A DNA stretch of 64,000 nucleotides from a virus, in IMG/VR virus record IMGVR_UViG_3300035454_000441; one strand, given 5' to 3'. Of this stretch, positions 18,688 through 27,124 are shown piece after piece. Positions within the stretch are counted from its first letter, which is position 1. Each line of letters starts with the position of its first letter. The notes below the pieces were generated by a model. It was given only the letters and a program-made list of their open reading frames with translations. It was not told where the DNA came from and did not search any database. The position numbers and the translations under genes were made by a program.

Positions 18688-18959
18688 TTCAGAAACTCCT
18701 TGATTTTGTAGTTCCAGACGGTGTATTTGGCAGTCTTGATATTCAAGTTGAAACCGTAGTTGATACGATCATGAGCAGTTTCGTGAATGTAACTGTCAGC
18801 AAGGCCAACTTCGACCAGTTTGTCTAGACGATAGCGAGTTTGGGAAACAGTCAAACCCAAGTGTTTTGCCCAATCGCGAAGAGAAAGCGATTTGCTTTCC
18901 GCATCCTCAAAGAGAAAAACGTTTTCTCGGACGATACTTTCAACAGTAATCTTGGGCAT
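18684..18959 (-). CDS. Putative HTH DNA-binding protein (91 aa)
   Basis: HTH-like segment DWAKHLGLTVSQTRYRLDKL; follows promoter d. Confidence 0.45.
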   Translation of the reverse strand: MPKITVESIVRENVFLFEDAESKSLSLRDWAKHLGLTVSQTRYRLDKLVEVGLADSYIHETAHDRINYGFNLNIKTAKYTVWNYKIKEFLK

Positions 18960-18991
18960 TGTGTCTCCTTGGTTGGTGTCGATTACATATA

Positions 18992-19020
18992 CATCCTACA
19001 CCAACCAAGGAGAGAAGTCA
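18992..19020 (-). promoter_or_regulatory. Early promoter, cassette copy d (TTGACT-N17-TAGGAT, inverted repeat CTCCTTGGTTGGTG/CACCAACCAAGGAG)
   Basis: agtcaa 19015-19020 / atccta 18992-18997. Confidence 0.6.
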
Positions 19021-19027
19021 ACCATTA

Positions 19028-19261
19028 TTATATAATCAGCGGAGATTTTTCTTCTTGGGGTTCCGCCGACCAAGGCATACGGGGGCGACCACAGCTTGCA
19101 CACACGAAGATTTGGACGGGTTGCTCAATATCTTTGCTTGATCCCACCATGACTCCGGGCACTCGTTTGATGATGACAGCATCCCCGAAATAGGGACAAC
19201 CACACTCACAGGTGATGTTTTCACACTGGGAGATATCCATCTTAACCGACATTTTATCCAT
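19028..19261 (-). CDS. Cys-rich zinc-binding protein (77 aa)
   Basis: CENITCECGC...CASCG. Confidence 0.4.
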   Translation of the reverse strand: MDKMSVKMDISQCENITCECGCPYFGDAVIIKRVPGVMVGSSKDIEQPVQIFVCASCGRPRMPWSAEPQEEKSPLII

Positions 19262-19429
19262 TTCTCAATTCTCTTTCTATGTAATAGTGTGTTGAAATTG
19301 GCACAACAAAGAAACTAATGATATAAACAAACCAAAAGGGAATAACGTGCCACGATAGGTGCATTATGAACAGAAAGAGAAATGCAATGATTATTCCCAA
19401 GAGTTGACAAAACATATATTCTTGCCACT

Positions 19430-19855
19430 TCATTCCAACGTCTCCCTCTCAAGCATATACGTTTTGTCAGTACAGACGATTGAGCATCTTTCCTGCTTGA
19501 ACATGGTCATCAACAAATGTGCTATAGAATATGCATCATTCTTGATATGTTGAATAGACTTTGGAAATCGGGGATATTGAATGAGTTCAACACACACGCC
19601 GGGTTCTTGACCGCCTGTATAGACAAAGTTGATATCAGTTATATTGCAACCAAGACCTACTTCGTCACAATACATCCTGACCCAATAGATAGCCTCATGA
19701 TACTGATGTGTTCCTCCATTATATCCTTCTCTTCGCCCCACAAACACTCTAGCCGAAAATGTCTCACTTGTCTTCATAGGAAGGTTCTTTCTCTTGAAAC
19801 TCACACGTACCTCTTTCGAGGAGGCAACCATAGTGAGAGGTATTGGGAACGTCAA
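19430..19855 (-). CDS. Hypothetical protein (141 aa)
   Basis: ORF track. Confidence 0.45.
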   Translation of the reverse strand: MTFPIPLTMVASSKEVRVSFKRKNLPMKTSETFSARVFVGRREGYNGGTHQYHEAIYWVRMYCDEVGLGCNITDINFVYTGGQEPGVCVELIQYPRFPKSIQHIKNDAYSIAHLLMTMFKQERCSIVCTDKTYMLERETLE

Positions 19856-19918
19856 CCATCAACTCTTCTATCAGACGTTTCTTGAACTTCTGATAGAGAT
19901 ATTCAATCTCGGAGTCTC

Positions 19919-20107
19919 TCATATACGGGAAGAGTTCTCAAGCAAGTCGGCAACGCTTGTCGTAAACGCGGCGACAATACGTCCGCGGGCTTCAATACAC
20001 GCCACACTCAAACTACCGTTATATCTTGCTGGTTGAAAAGCGAGAAGTTGGTTTTCAAAGTAATTGACTGCCTTAGCAACTTCCTCTATTTGCCTTGCTG
20101 AAAGCAT
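19919..20107 (-). CDS. Hypothetical protein (62 aa)
   Basis: ORF track. Confidence 0.3.
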   Translation of the reverse strand: MLSARQIEEVAKAVNYFENQLLAFQPARYNGSLSVACIEARGRIVAAFTTSVADLLENSSRI

Positions 20108-20439
20108 TATAGTCCTCCTAGATACGCCACAAGCGCAATCGTTAGAATGTGTGAAATGTTATCAACGATGATGATTGACCAAGGGTAGCAAGGTCCAGTA
20201 GCGAACTTCTCACTACCCTTGGCTTTCATAAACCACATAACAACGTTTGTTCTATCAACGATGTAGTGTTGTCCTGCGATAATTGATAGTTGCCACCAAT
20301 TGAAACCACAGAACAGGAAGGGCAACATATAGGTTAAAACGTGGATGGCGCAATGAAAGCTTGAGGACTTTTTGTTTTGCGCCATCCAGTCATTCTGGAT
20401 GATATAGTCCCCGATTAGATGGGCATATATCCAGTGCAT
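20107..20439 (-). CDS. Membrane protein (110 aa)
   Basis: Hydrophobic segments. Confidence 0.45.
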   Translation of the reverse strand: MHWIYAHLIGDYIIQNDWMAQNKKSSSFHCAIHVLTYMLPFLFCGFNWWQLSIIAGQHYIVDRTNVVMWFMKAKGSEKFATGPCYPWSIIIVDNISHILTIALVAYLGGL

Positions 20440-20449
20440 AGTGTATTCC

Positions 20450-21377
20450 TTACTTCGTCACATCGATGAAGGGCATCGGAGCATTCCCACCCATATACGC
20501 GGGTAGCTTACCATCCCACTTCTCAATAGCTTTCAGTTGCACGTATTCCTTACCACCCTGCTTCTGAATAGCCTCTGCCTGAATGCGAATCTGTTCTGCC
20601 TCTGCTTCTGCCATCGCTACCTTCTGCTCGGCTTCGACCTTCACACGCTCAAGGTCATTTCGTGCCTTCATAGCTTGCTGTTCGGCAGTCTGCTTTGCTT
20701 CAATAGCGGCATTGAACGATTGTGAGAAGTGGAAGTTTGTAATCTGAATGTCTTCCACGACCACGTTATACTCAGAGATAGACCGACGGAGGGCAGCCGC
20801 AATCTCATTCTTTACAGCTTCACGCATGGAAAGCAATTGCTCAGCAGAATACTTCGCTACGACTGCCTTTACAACCTCTTGAATACGTGGAGCGATAATC
20901 TTGTTCTCAACGTCTGTACCGATGGTGGAATAAATCTCCGACAGTTTGTTTTCATTGAGGTGATAGTTCAACGCTACCTCAGTATCAACATTTTGAAGGT
21001 CTTTCGTGCCAGCGTTTCGCCGGCGCTTGTGCTTTCTGTGTCTTTACGTCAATGAACACAATGCGGTCACGAATAGGTACTCGGAAGTTCAGACCAGAAC
21101 TAGCAACATTGGAAACAGAGCCGAACGATAGAACGACCGCGCGTTGACCAGCATCAACAGTGTAGAAACAGTTGGTTGCCACCATAATCAGCAATCCCGC
21201 AAGGATGCCGAAGAGTAGATAGCGAACCTTCAACGGAAACACGAACGGCGTCTCCGCTCGTTTGGAAGTGGGAAGAGCATTGTATTCTGCTTTCTCTTCA
21301 ATATACGCCCACACATAAAAACCAATACCCAACAACACAAGCACAATCACGAGGATATTCACGACCAAAGCCAACAT
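20450..21377 (-). pseudogene. SPFH/band-7 (prohibitin/HflKC-like) gene split by a +1 frameshift near 20985-21045; N-terminal part 20985-21377, C-terminal part 20450-21043
   Basis: The N-terminal ORF has a TM segment plus YTVDAGQRAVVLSFG...IDVKTQK. The C-terminal frame continues ...TKDLQNVDTEVALNYH... without a start codon of its own. Confidence 0.5.
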
Positions 21378-21402
21378 TATCTTGTTTCCTTTCTGTTAGG
21401 GG

Positions 21403-21618
21403 TTAATCTTCAAATTGCTCAAGCCTAAAAACAGAGTTTGCACAAACAACCTTCGGTATGAGAATAGTGTTTCCACTACAATCATAAAAGGTCTTGTAAC
21501 CTTGACCCGCGTTCTTTAGACGTTCAATAGTACGTTCCAATTCAACGTCATCCAACTTTTCTGGTTTACTGTAAAATGTACCAACCGGCGTAAACGCCAC
21601 TATCCTGAACTTTCTCAT
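21403..21618 (-). CDS. Hypothetical protein (71 aa)
   Basis: ORF track. Confidence 0.35.
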   Translation of the reverse strand: MRKFRIVAFTPVGTFYSKPEKLDDVELERTIERLKNAGQGYKTFYDCSGNTILIPKVVCANSVFRLEQFED

Positions 21619-21620
21619 TT

Positions 21621-21809
21621 CTATTCCTTAGCGAAAGAGGTGCAACCTGGCGCCCAGTTCGCCTTGAAGTCAATCTTGGCCATACGGCGATCAACGTCAT
21701 ATGCCCACGATGCCTTACAGAAACCAACTGGAGCCTGACCGAAGTCGAGATTTTTACATTCGTAGCAAGTACGATCGGTCGGAGTCTTTTCAGCGTCGAG
21801 AATGGTCAT
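21621..21809 (-). CDS. Hypothetical Cys-containing protein (62 aa)
   Basis: ORF track. Confidence 0.35.
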   Translation of the reverse strand: MTILDAEKTPTDRTCYECKNLDFGQAPVGFCKASWAYDVDRRMAKIDFKANWAPGCTSFAKE

Positions 21810-21810
21810 C

Positions 21811-22032
21811 TTAGGCTCCGCAGTATTCCGAGAGAAGGAACTTGGCCCGGTTCAGAGTCTTCCGGGCGGCTTCAACATCACCCATCGCCATTTCTTCCTG
21901 AGCATCGCTCAAGAGCGACATAACGACAAACGAAGCCCCGTTATGCTTGAACCCGAAAGTCATCTCAACCGCTTTTGCATAGGCAGTGATATCTTCACAC
22001 CCAAACATCTCAAGCATCGCTTCTTTCGTCAT
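21811..22032 (-). CDS. Hypothetical protein (73 aa)
   Basis: Follows promoter l. Confidence 0.4.
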   Translation of the reverse strand: MTKEAMLEMFGCEDITAYAKAVEMTFGFKHNGASFVVMSLLSDAQEEMAMGDVEAARKTLNRAKFLLSEYCGA

Positions 22033-22071
22033 CTCAGTTCCTTTCGTGGTGGGAGTGTCAACTACAGTTAC

Positions 22072-22100
22072 AATATACAGTAAAGCGTGGTGACTGTCAA
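22072..22100 (-). promoter_or_regulatory. Early promoter, cassette copy l (TTGACA-N17-TATATT); the -35 box lies in the loop of the 22084-22124 hairpin
   Basis: tgtcaa 22095-22100 / aatata 22072-22077. Confidence 0.5.
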
Positions 22101-22130
22101 GAAAAATCTTTCAATCACCACGCTTTTTTG
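22084..22130 (+). terminator. Hairpin AGCGTGGTGA...TCACCACGCT followed by TTTTTTG (plus-sense intrinsic terminator shape; may act bidirectionally or as a promoter-associated stem-loop)
   Basis: 10-bp perfect stem, 21-nt loop, T-run 22124-22129. Confidence 0.4.
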
Positions 22131-22211
22131 TTTTGGCGGAGGACTTTGGCGCAACCCGCTTATCTCGCGACTTCCACGGAGCCCGGTTATTTCATCCACC
22201 AGCCTGAATTG

Positions 22212-23597
22212 TTAGATAACAACCTCGTACTTGCTGACAGTGTTCAGCATAACATTACGTGGATTAGTAATGTCGCCAGAAAGTACACCCTTAAGGACCT
22301 GCGGGCTGTAACCACCAATCAACGCGGTGTTACCGTCGTTGCGGAGAACAGGTAGATTGGAACCACGCCCGTTCACGTTCCAGAACACAACAGCCGGCAT
22401 CTTGTAACCGGAAGCCTCATACTGCTTACGGATACGATGATAGGTCGAGTCATCCGCCCCATTGATACAACCATCGAACTGCATATCCGAAACAATCAGG
22501 ATAGCATCAGGTAGTTCCGACTGGTCAAGACGGTTCTTCACTGCCGTGTTGAGGATGGTAGCGAACACTGCATCCAGATTAGTGTTCATACCCCATTCCG
22601 AACGCTCAATATAGTGCATCTTCTGCCCGAGCGTGGTGTACTTGGAAATGTCCTTGAACTCAGGACGCTCGGAGAACGTCACGAACTGGTTCTTGAACTG
22701 ACCCTCATTGCGTTCAGCACAATAGATACCCAGACCAACAGCAATATCGATTGCCTGAATAGACCCCGAGACCGGCGTGAACATGGAACCAGAAACGTCG
22801 ATGACAGGCAGAATGTTACGTTGCTTGCCTTCGAACAGGTCAGGAAGAGCATTCCACTGAACATCCGCGGAAGCATTGTGTTGACGGAGACCACGGACGA
22901 TATCGTGGGGGAATACAGCACCCGCCTTGATAGTGTCCTTACCTTCCTTCACACGATTGATGAAGGCAACAAAACGCTCGTTGTCGTTACGTCCGAACGC
23001 CTTACCGTAGCGAGACATAGCCACAGAAGGGACCGAGGAATACTTGATAACATCCCAACGCTTCGCGCACATGTCCTGCTCAACAGTCCTGGACAGACCA
23101 ACAATCAGCTTACGGAAGCGAGACTCGGAGAGACCCATTTCCTTCGCCAGCTTGAAGAACGAAGCCTTACGGCGTGGAACCCACTTTGCCGCCAGACCAT
23201 TGCCTTCGCGAAGAGCGTTAGCATAGACACGGATCGCGTTAGCCTCACAAGGAGTACCAACGAGTTCCAGAACGTCATCCCAACGACCGTACTTCGGCAC
23301 CAGGTCGATGTTGCGATTGACGTAGGTAGGATGGGTGTTAGCCAGATACTTGAGAGCCTTACGGAAGGCAGAACGCTCCCCCGCGCCGCCGCGGCAGTCA
23401 CGACCCCAGAACACGACCTGCAGGGCAGTCTTCGCGTCTTCGGTCAGAGCCGAACGAAGGTCATTGGTGATATCCTCACGACGGTACTGAACCATCTTGA
23501 AGAACAGATCCACGCATGGATCAAGGGAGGAACGATTGGTGACCGAACCGTTTTCGGTCAGAGTGGTGTTGTTGACGGCATTGAACAGAGTGGACAT
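22212..23597 (-). CDS. vWA-domain protein with an uncharacterised N-terminal domain (DUF2828-like); MIDAS motif DVSGSM
   Basis: LPVIDVSGSMFTPVSGS and IVSDMQF typical of vWA; N-terminal TENGSV...LDPCVDLFF. Confidence 0.6.
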   Translation of the reverse strand: MSTLFNAVNNTTLTENGSVTNRSSLDPCVDLFFKMVQYRREDITNDLRSALTEDAKTALQVVFWGRDCRGGAGERSAFRKALKYLANTHPTYVNRNIDLVPKYGRWDDVLELVGTPCEANAIRVYANALREGNGLAAKWVPRRKASFFKLAKEMGLSESRFRKLIVGLSRTVEQDMCAKRWDVIKYSSVPSVAMSRYGKAFGRNDNERFVAFINRVKEGKDTIKAGAVFPHDIVRGLRQHNASADVQWNALPDLFEGKQRNILPVIDVSGSMFTPVSGSIQAIDIAVGLGIYCAERNEGQFKNQFVTFSERPEFKDISKYTTLGQKMHYIERSEWGMNTNLDAVFATILNTAVKNRLDQSELPDAILIVSDMQFDGCINGADDSTYHRIRKQYEASGYKMPAVVFWNVNGRGSNLPVLRNDGNTALIGGYSPQVLKGVLSGDITNPRNVMLNTVSKYEVVI

Positions 23598-23960
23598 GAT
23601 ATGTCACCTTTCATAATAAGCTGGCTGGTCTTGGACAGTTTAAAGTGATATCCATCACTTGCGGTCGGATGACCTTCTCAGTAGGAGAGTTGCTGAACCC
23701 AGCCATGGGTTAACGTTCTGAGTGTACTTTCTTTTCCAGTAGTATGAATGGTAGTTAAGTTGCTGTAGACACTCACTTTAGCCAAGATGAAGCTGTTCTG
23801 GATGGTTTATCGATACCGTGTGTTCAGTCATACCGATAGATGGCGTTATTGCCAATTACTTCATTGCCGATAGGTTAGATGTTTCTCTTAGCCATGTCTT
23901 TAAGTAGTAGTAATTGCTGTACCCATCCAAGGTTTATTTGTTGCTCTTCAATACATAGAC

Positions 23961-23989
23961 ACTATAACATCACCATTTTTTCGTGTCAA
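23961..23989 (-). promoter_or_regulatory. Early promoter, cassette copy n (TTGACA-N17-TATAGT), about 360 nt upstream of the vWA gene start
   Basis: tgtcaa 23984-23989 / actata 23961-23966. Confidence 0.5.
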
Positions 23990-24004
23990 ACTTTCTCTAA
24001 AAAA

Positions 24005-24307
24005 TTAATTTAATTGTACATTTCCCGAACCTGTAACGACTACACCAACGGGGCATCCCGCTACAGGGTCAGACATTCGTCCTGCGCCACGCGAAGAAAT
24101 CTGGACGTTCGGCGAAAACCCCACCATAAGAGTTGGATGACCGCAAGTGCAAATTGCCATATCACCTGCACGAACCGTGCCCAGATTGTTGGTCAAAACA
24201 GTAGTATCGCCGGTGATGAAGAAACCCACAACACCGCGGCAGGTCGGATCAGCATGGCAACAACACACCGCGGTGACAATATCACCAACTCTAGCTTGAC
24301 CTAACAT
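24005..24307 (-). CDS. PAAR-repeat spike-tip protein (T4 gp5.4-like)
   Basis: Gly-rich beta-repeat and a Zn site CCCHADPTC...CTCGHP; 100 aa. Confidence 0.55.
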   Translation of the reverse strand: MLGQARVGDIVTAVCCCHADPTCRGVVGFFITGDTTVLTNNLGTVRAGDMAICTCGHPTLMVGFSPNVQISSRGAGRMSDPVAGCPVGVVVTGSGNVQLN

Positions 24308-25014
24308 TAGATGACGCCCGGAGTAATGATACTCATAACTTCGGCAAGAGTACCCGTGGCATTCTGTCCGAACGCAACATATGCATAAGAACTGATGAAA
24401 GCCATTGCACTAGCATTAGCCGAGACCTCACCGCTTCCGGTAGTCTCAAACGTAGCAGTCAACGTGGCGATATCCGCAACAAGAGCCTCGTGGAGTGGTG
24501 TAAAGTTCTCTAGAAGATAACCAACGTCCGGACCTTCACCAATTTCCGGCTGATTGGCAATCAACGCGGCAAACTCCGCCTCATAGCTTGAGTATATAGC
24601 CACTTCGCTGGCTTGATAGTCGGCATCGAAAGTTTTTGTACCCAGAAACATATAGGTACTTTGTTCAGCAACTGGCGGCAGACCATCTAGATTGTTAACC
24701 TCATTCTGAACATTAGTGGCGGATGACAGAAACATCAACTTGGTTTTATAAGCATCATTTGCCAACCAAGTATTGTTATAATGGTCAAGATATACTTCTT
24801 TTAACAATTCAAGGGCAGCCAGAACCTCAGCCTTCTCAACGGAGATATCAACAGGCGTCTCAATGGGTTCTGGATCACCAATCATCTCATAAACGTAAAT
24901 CGTTTCATAAGTGGTATTAGCAACAGTCTTTAACGCATCAATCGCGGTAAAGATAGCTGTATACGGATTGGAGACTGGATTACCAGAGGCATCTATTTTA
25001 TCAGAGTAAGACAT
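24307..25014 (-). CDS. Hypothetical (possibly virion-associated) protein (235 aa)
   Basis: ORF track; adjacent to the PAAR gene. Confidence 0.5.
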   Translation of the reverse strand: MSYSDKIDASGNPVSNPYTAIFTAIDALKTVANTTYETIYVYEMIGDPEPIETPVDISVEKAEVLAALELLKEVYLDHYNNTWLANDAYKTKLMFLSSATNVQNEVNNLDGLPPVAEQSTYMFLGTKTFDADYQASEVAIYSSYEAEFAALIANQPEIGEGPDVGYLLENFTPLHEALVADIATLTATFETTGSGEVSANASAMAFISSYAYVAFGQNATGTLAEVMSIITPGVI

Positions 25015-25295
25015 GGAGACTCCTAAAAGGGTAACCCGTTTTTTTCTGTTTCCAAGACAAAACGGGTAAAATCTCAGTCGCGGTTAAGCGGCAAGGGCAA
25101 AGTCATACTCGCCTTTTATTGCTTTTGTCTGATATACGGCCATGACATTCCGGACTGTCCATCTTCGTACTTGTTACCCAGTCGAAACCTTGGCACCCCC
25201 ATCAACAGCATACTAGCAGAAGCCTCTAATCTCGCCCCAGTGGGCATAACACATGGCCTCAGTGCCCCGATGTGTCCGGGATGATAGTATGCTCT

Positions 25296-25340
25296 TGGTG
25301 GAGGTGGCGGGATCGAACCCGCGTCCTAAGCACCTTTCGG
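25296..25340 (-). other. tRNA 3'-half-like element (T-arm GCGGG-TTCGATC-CCCGC, acceptor 3' strand, CCA) with no matching 5' half
   Basis: Minus strand reads ...gacgcgggttcgatcccgccacctccacca. Confidence 0.45.
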
Positions 25341-25376
25341 TTGACTTCATACAGTCATATTGCTATTTAGTTATTA

Positions 25377-25697
25377 CTAGAAACGTATTTCGTGATCAAC
25401 AAGTGGTCCAAGATACTTGTTAATATCAGGATAAGTGCGAATAGTTTTCCACTCACACCACCTCGGTTTATGATATCCTCGTTCCGCGTGTTCACTAGTA
25501 TCAGAAAGATACTCAAACAGGGCGGCGACCATAAGAATCATAAACGGATGGGTCTTTCTATTCACATTATGATGTTTATTAAACTGTGAAAGATACGCTC
25601 TTCCAGTATCACAATGAGCCACAGTTGTGCAGGACTTCACAACCTTTATGACTTTTTTCAAGTCCGAGTGTGCTTTACAGTTGTCATAGAAACTCAT
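25377..25697 (-). CDS. Hypothetical protein (106 aa)
   Basis: ORF track. Confidence 0.4.
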   Translation of the reverse strand: MSFYDNCKAHSDLKKVIKVVKSCTTVAHCDTGRAYLSQFNKHHNVNRKTHPFMILMVAALFEYLSDTSEHAERGYHKPRWCEWKTIRTYPDINKYLGPLVDHEIRF

Positions 25698-26117
25698 TGT
25701 TCGTTCCTTTCATAATGAAGAATAAACACCGTATTACGCACCCCCGTAACCACAGCCTCTTTAAACCCAATACATAACTTTCTTTACTTTAATGTGTATT
25801 GGAGAAGTAGGACCCATTGAACTCTCTGGATGCTTTATGTGCTTACGTAACAACATCTTACGACTTGGCGAAGCTAGACCCTTTTAGTTCTATAAGTATA
25901 GGGTCAATTCAGATTGTTCGGACACGGTGTTTATAAACTTGCTATTAAATCACCTCTAGTGGGCAGAAATCCGGAAAATGTCTGATAAAGACCTTTTGGT
26001 GTGGCAACTCTTTCAGTTGCTGGTCATGGGCGCAACACTCAACCGAACTTTGATTGAGAATGAAATATGGGCACCTCGATGAACACCCACCCAAGGGAAT
26101 AGTCACCTTGCGTTGTG

Positions 26118-26321
26118 TCATACGAACGTTTTATCCTGACAGTCTTGACAGATACCAGAAATCAAAAACTCTTTACGGGAAATAGCGTCACGAAATTCCG
26201 TAGCTGATTTGCCGCAGAACATACAAGTGTTCTGGCTCAACGTCTCGGTGAGAGTTTTACCGAACGTCTCTTTGGCAAAACCATCGATGAATGCTTGCAT
26301 TTCAGGCGTCTTCTGGCTCAT
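26118..26321 (-). CDS. Small zinc-ribbon protein (67 aa; start at MSQKTPEM)
   Basis: RBS AGGAGA; CMFCG...CQDCQ. Confidence 0.4.
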   Translation of the reverse strand: MSQKTPEMQAFIDGFAKETFGKTLTETLSQNTCMFCGKSATEFRDAISRKEFLISGICQDCQDKTFV

Positions 26322-26480
26322 ACATATTCTCCTCTTCGATTTGAAAGGCTTCGCGTTTCTCTTTCCGGCGGGCAGTGCGGAACATCTCGCGGCGCTTTCC
26401 GGGCGGCGGGGCGCAACATGGACAGTTCCAACCACCAACACCCACTTTGAGAAACTTCAAGTATCGTTTTCGTTCCATAA

Positions 26481-27050
26481 TTAGAACCCTTTCACCATTG
26501 GGTACTGATTGAACGCCTTGGCAAGCAACTCAAAATCATCAGTCAGTTCCGGGTTAGCAACTTCAACGTTATTGACGTTGACCCAGACGACCTCGGCCCA
26601 TTTATTGTTGAGGTCTTTCAAACCATCAACAGCCACACCGAGAGTCTTCACAAGCGAGTAACCGAAGCGGCGTTCACCTTCCCAGAAGACAACACCCTTG
26701 GTACCTTTCTTGACCTTACGACCCGCGACGACCACGACTTCGGAGCCCTTGCGAACGCGGTGGGCGCGTTCAAGGTCTTCCGATTTCAGTTTGCGAAAAG
26801 CGAGTTCACGTTTATGCGCGGCATACTTCGCCTTGACTTCATCCGTCGCGTCAATCTTGCACGAAACATCGCCGCAACCGAAGCGAGTGCTGTAGACAAT
26901 ACGCGACTCAGGCGCGTTTTTCTCTTTGTTCCAGACAATCACAAGTTCGTCCCAGTCATCATACCACGACTGGTGACCAGTCTCAAGAACAGCGCCCTCA
27001 AACTCAACAATCTTTTCGCCAGTTTCGTGATTGGTGTAAATGACGGGCAT
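26481..27050 (-). CDS. Hypothetical protein (189 aa; start at MPVIYTNH downstream of promoter e)
   Basis: RBS AAGGAG in the cassette; the track start falls inside the promoter. Confidence 0.5.
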   Translation of the reverse strand: MPVIYTNHETGEKIVEFEGAVLETGHQSWYDDWDELVIVWNKEKNAPESRIVYSTRFGCGDVSCKIDATDEVKAKYAAHKRELAFRKLKSEDLERAHRVRKGSEVVVVAGRKVKKGTKGVVFWEGERRFGYSLVKTLGVAVDGLKDLNNKWAEVVWVNVNNVEVANPELTDDFELLAKAFNQYPMVKGF

Positions 27051-27085
27051 TGAGTCTCTCCTTGGTTGGCGTCGATTACAGATAC

Positions 27086-27114
27086 ATCTTACACCAACCA
27101 AGGAGACTTGTCAA
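27086..27114 (-). promoter_or_regulatory. Early promoter, cassette copy e (TTGACA-N17-TAAGAT + GTATCTGTAAT; inverted repeat TCCTTGGTTGG/CCAACCAAGGA)
   Basis: tgtcaa 27109-27114 / atctta 27086-27091. Confidence 0.6.
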
Positions 27115-27124
27115 CAACTATTTT

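Noticed and set aside
22212-23597. Ro60/TROVE (Rsr) ortholog with an adjacent Y-RNA
   Set aside because: The vWA MIDAS region resembles Ro60's, but the N-terminal domain lacks the Ro60/TROVE hallmark GSEGGTYY block and looks DUF2828-like. The Y-RNA idea for 23598-24004 is therefore kept only as a weak aside.
22614-23648. Long plus-strand ORFs antisense to minus-strand genes (also 41617..42333, 53144..53761, 53319..53948, 54741..55775, 27527..28132, 49895..50416, 15574..16035)
   Set aside because: They lie fully inside well-supported minus-strand genes (vWA, hypothetical, RtcB, CCA enzyme, NAMPT, primase). They have low-complexity translations and no RBS, so they are shadow ORFs.
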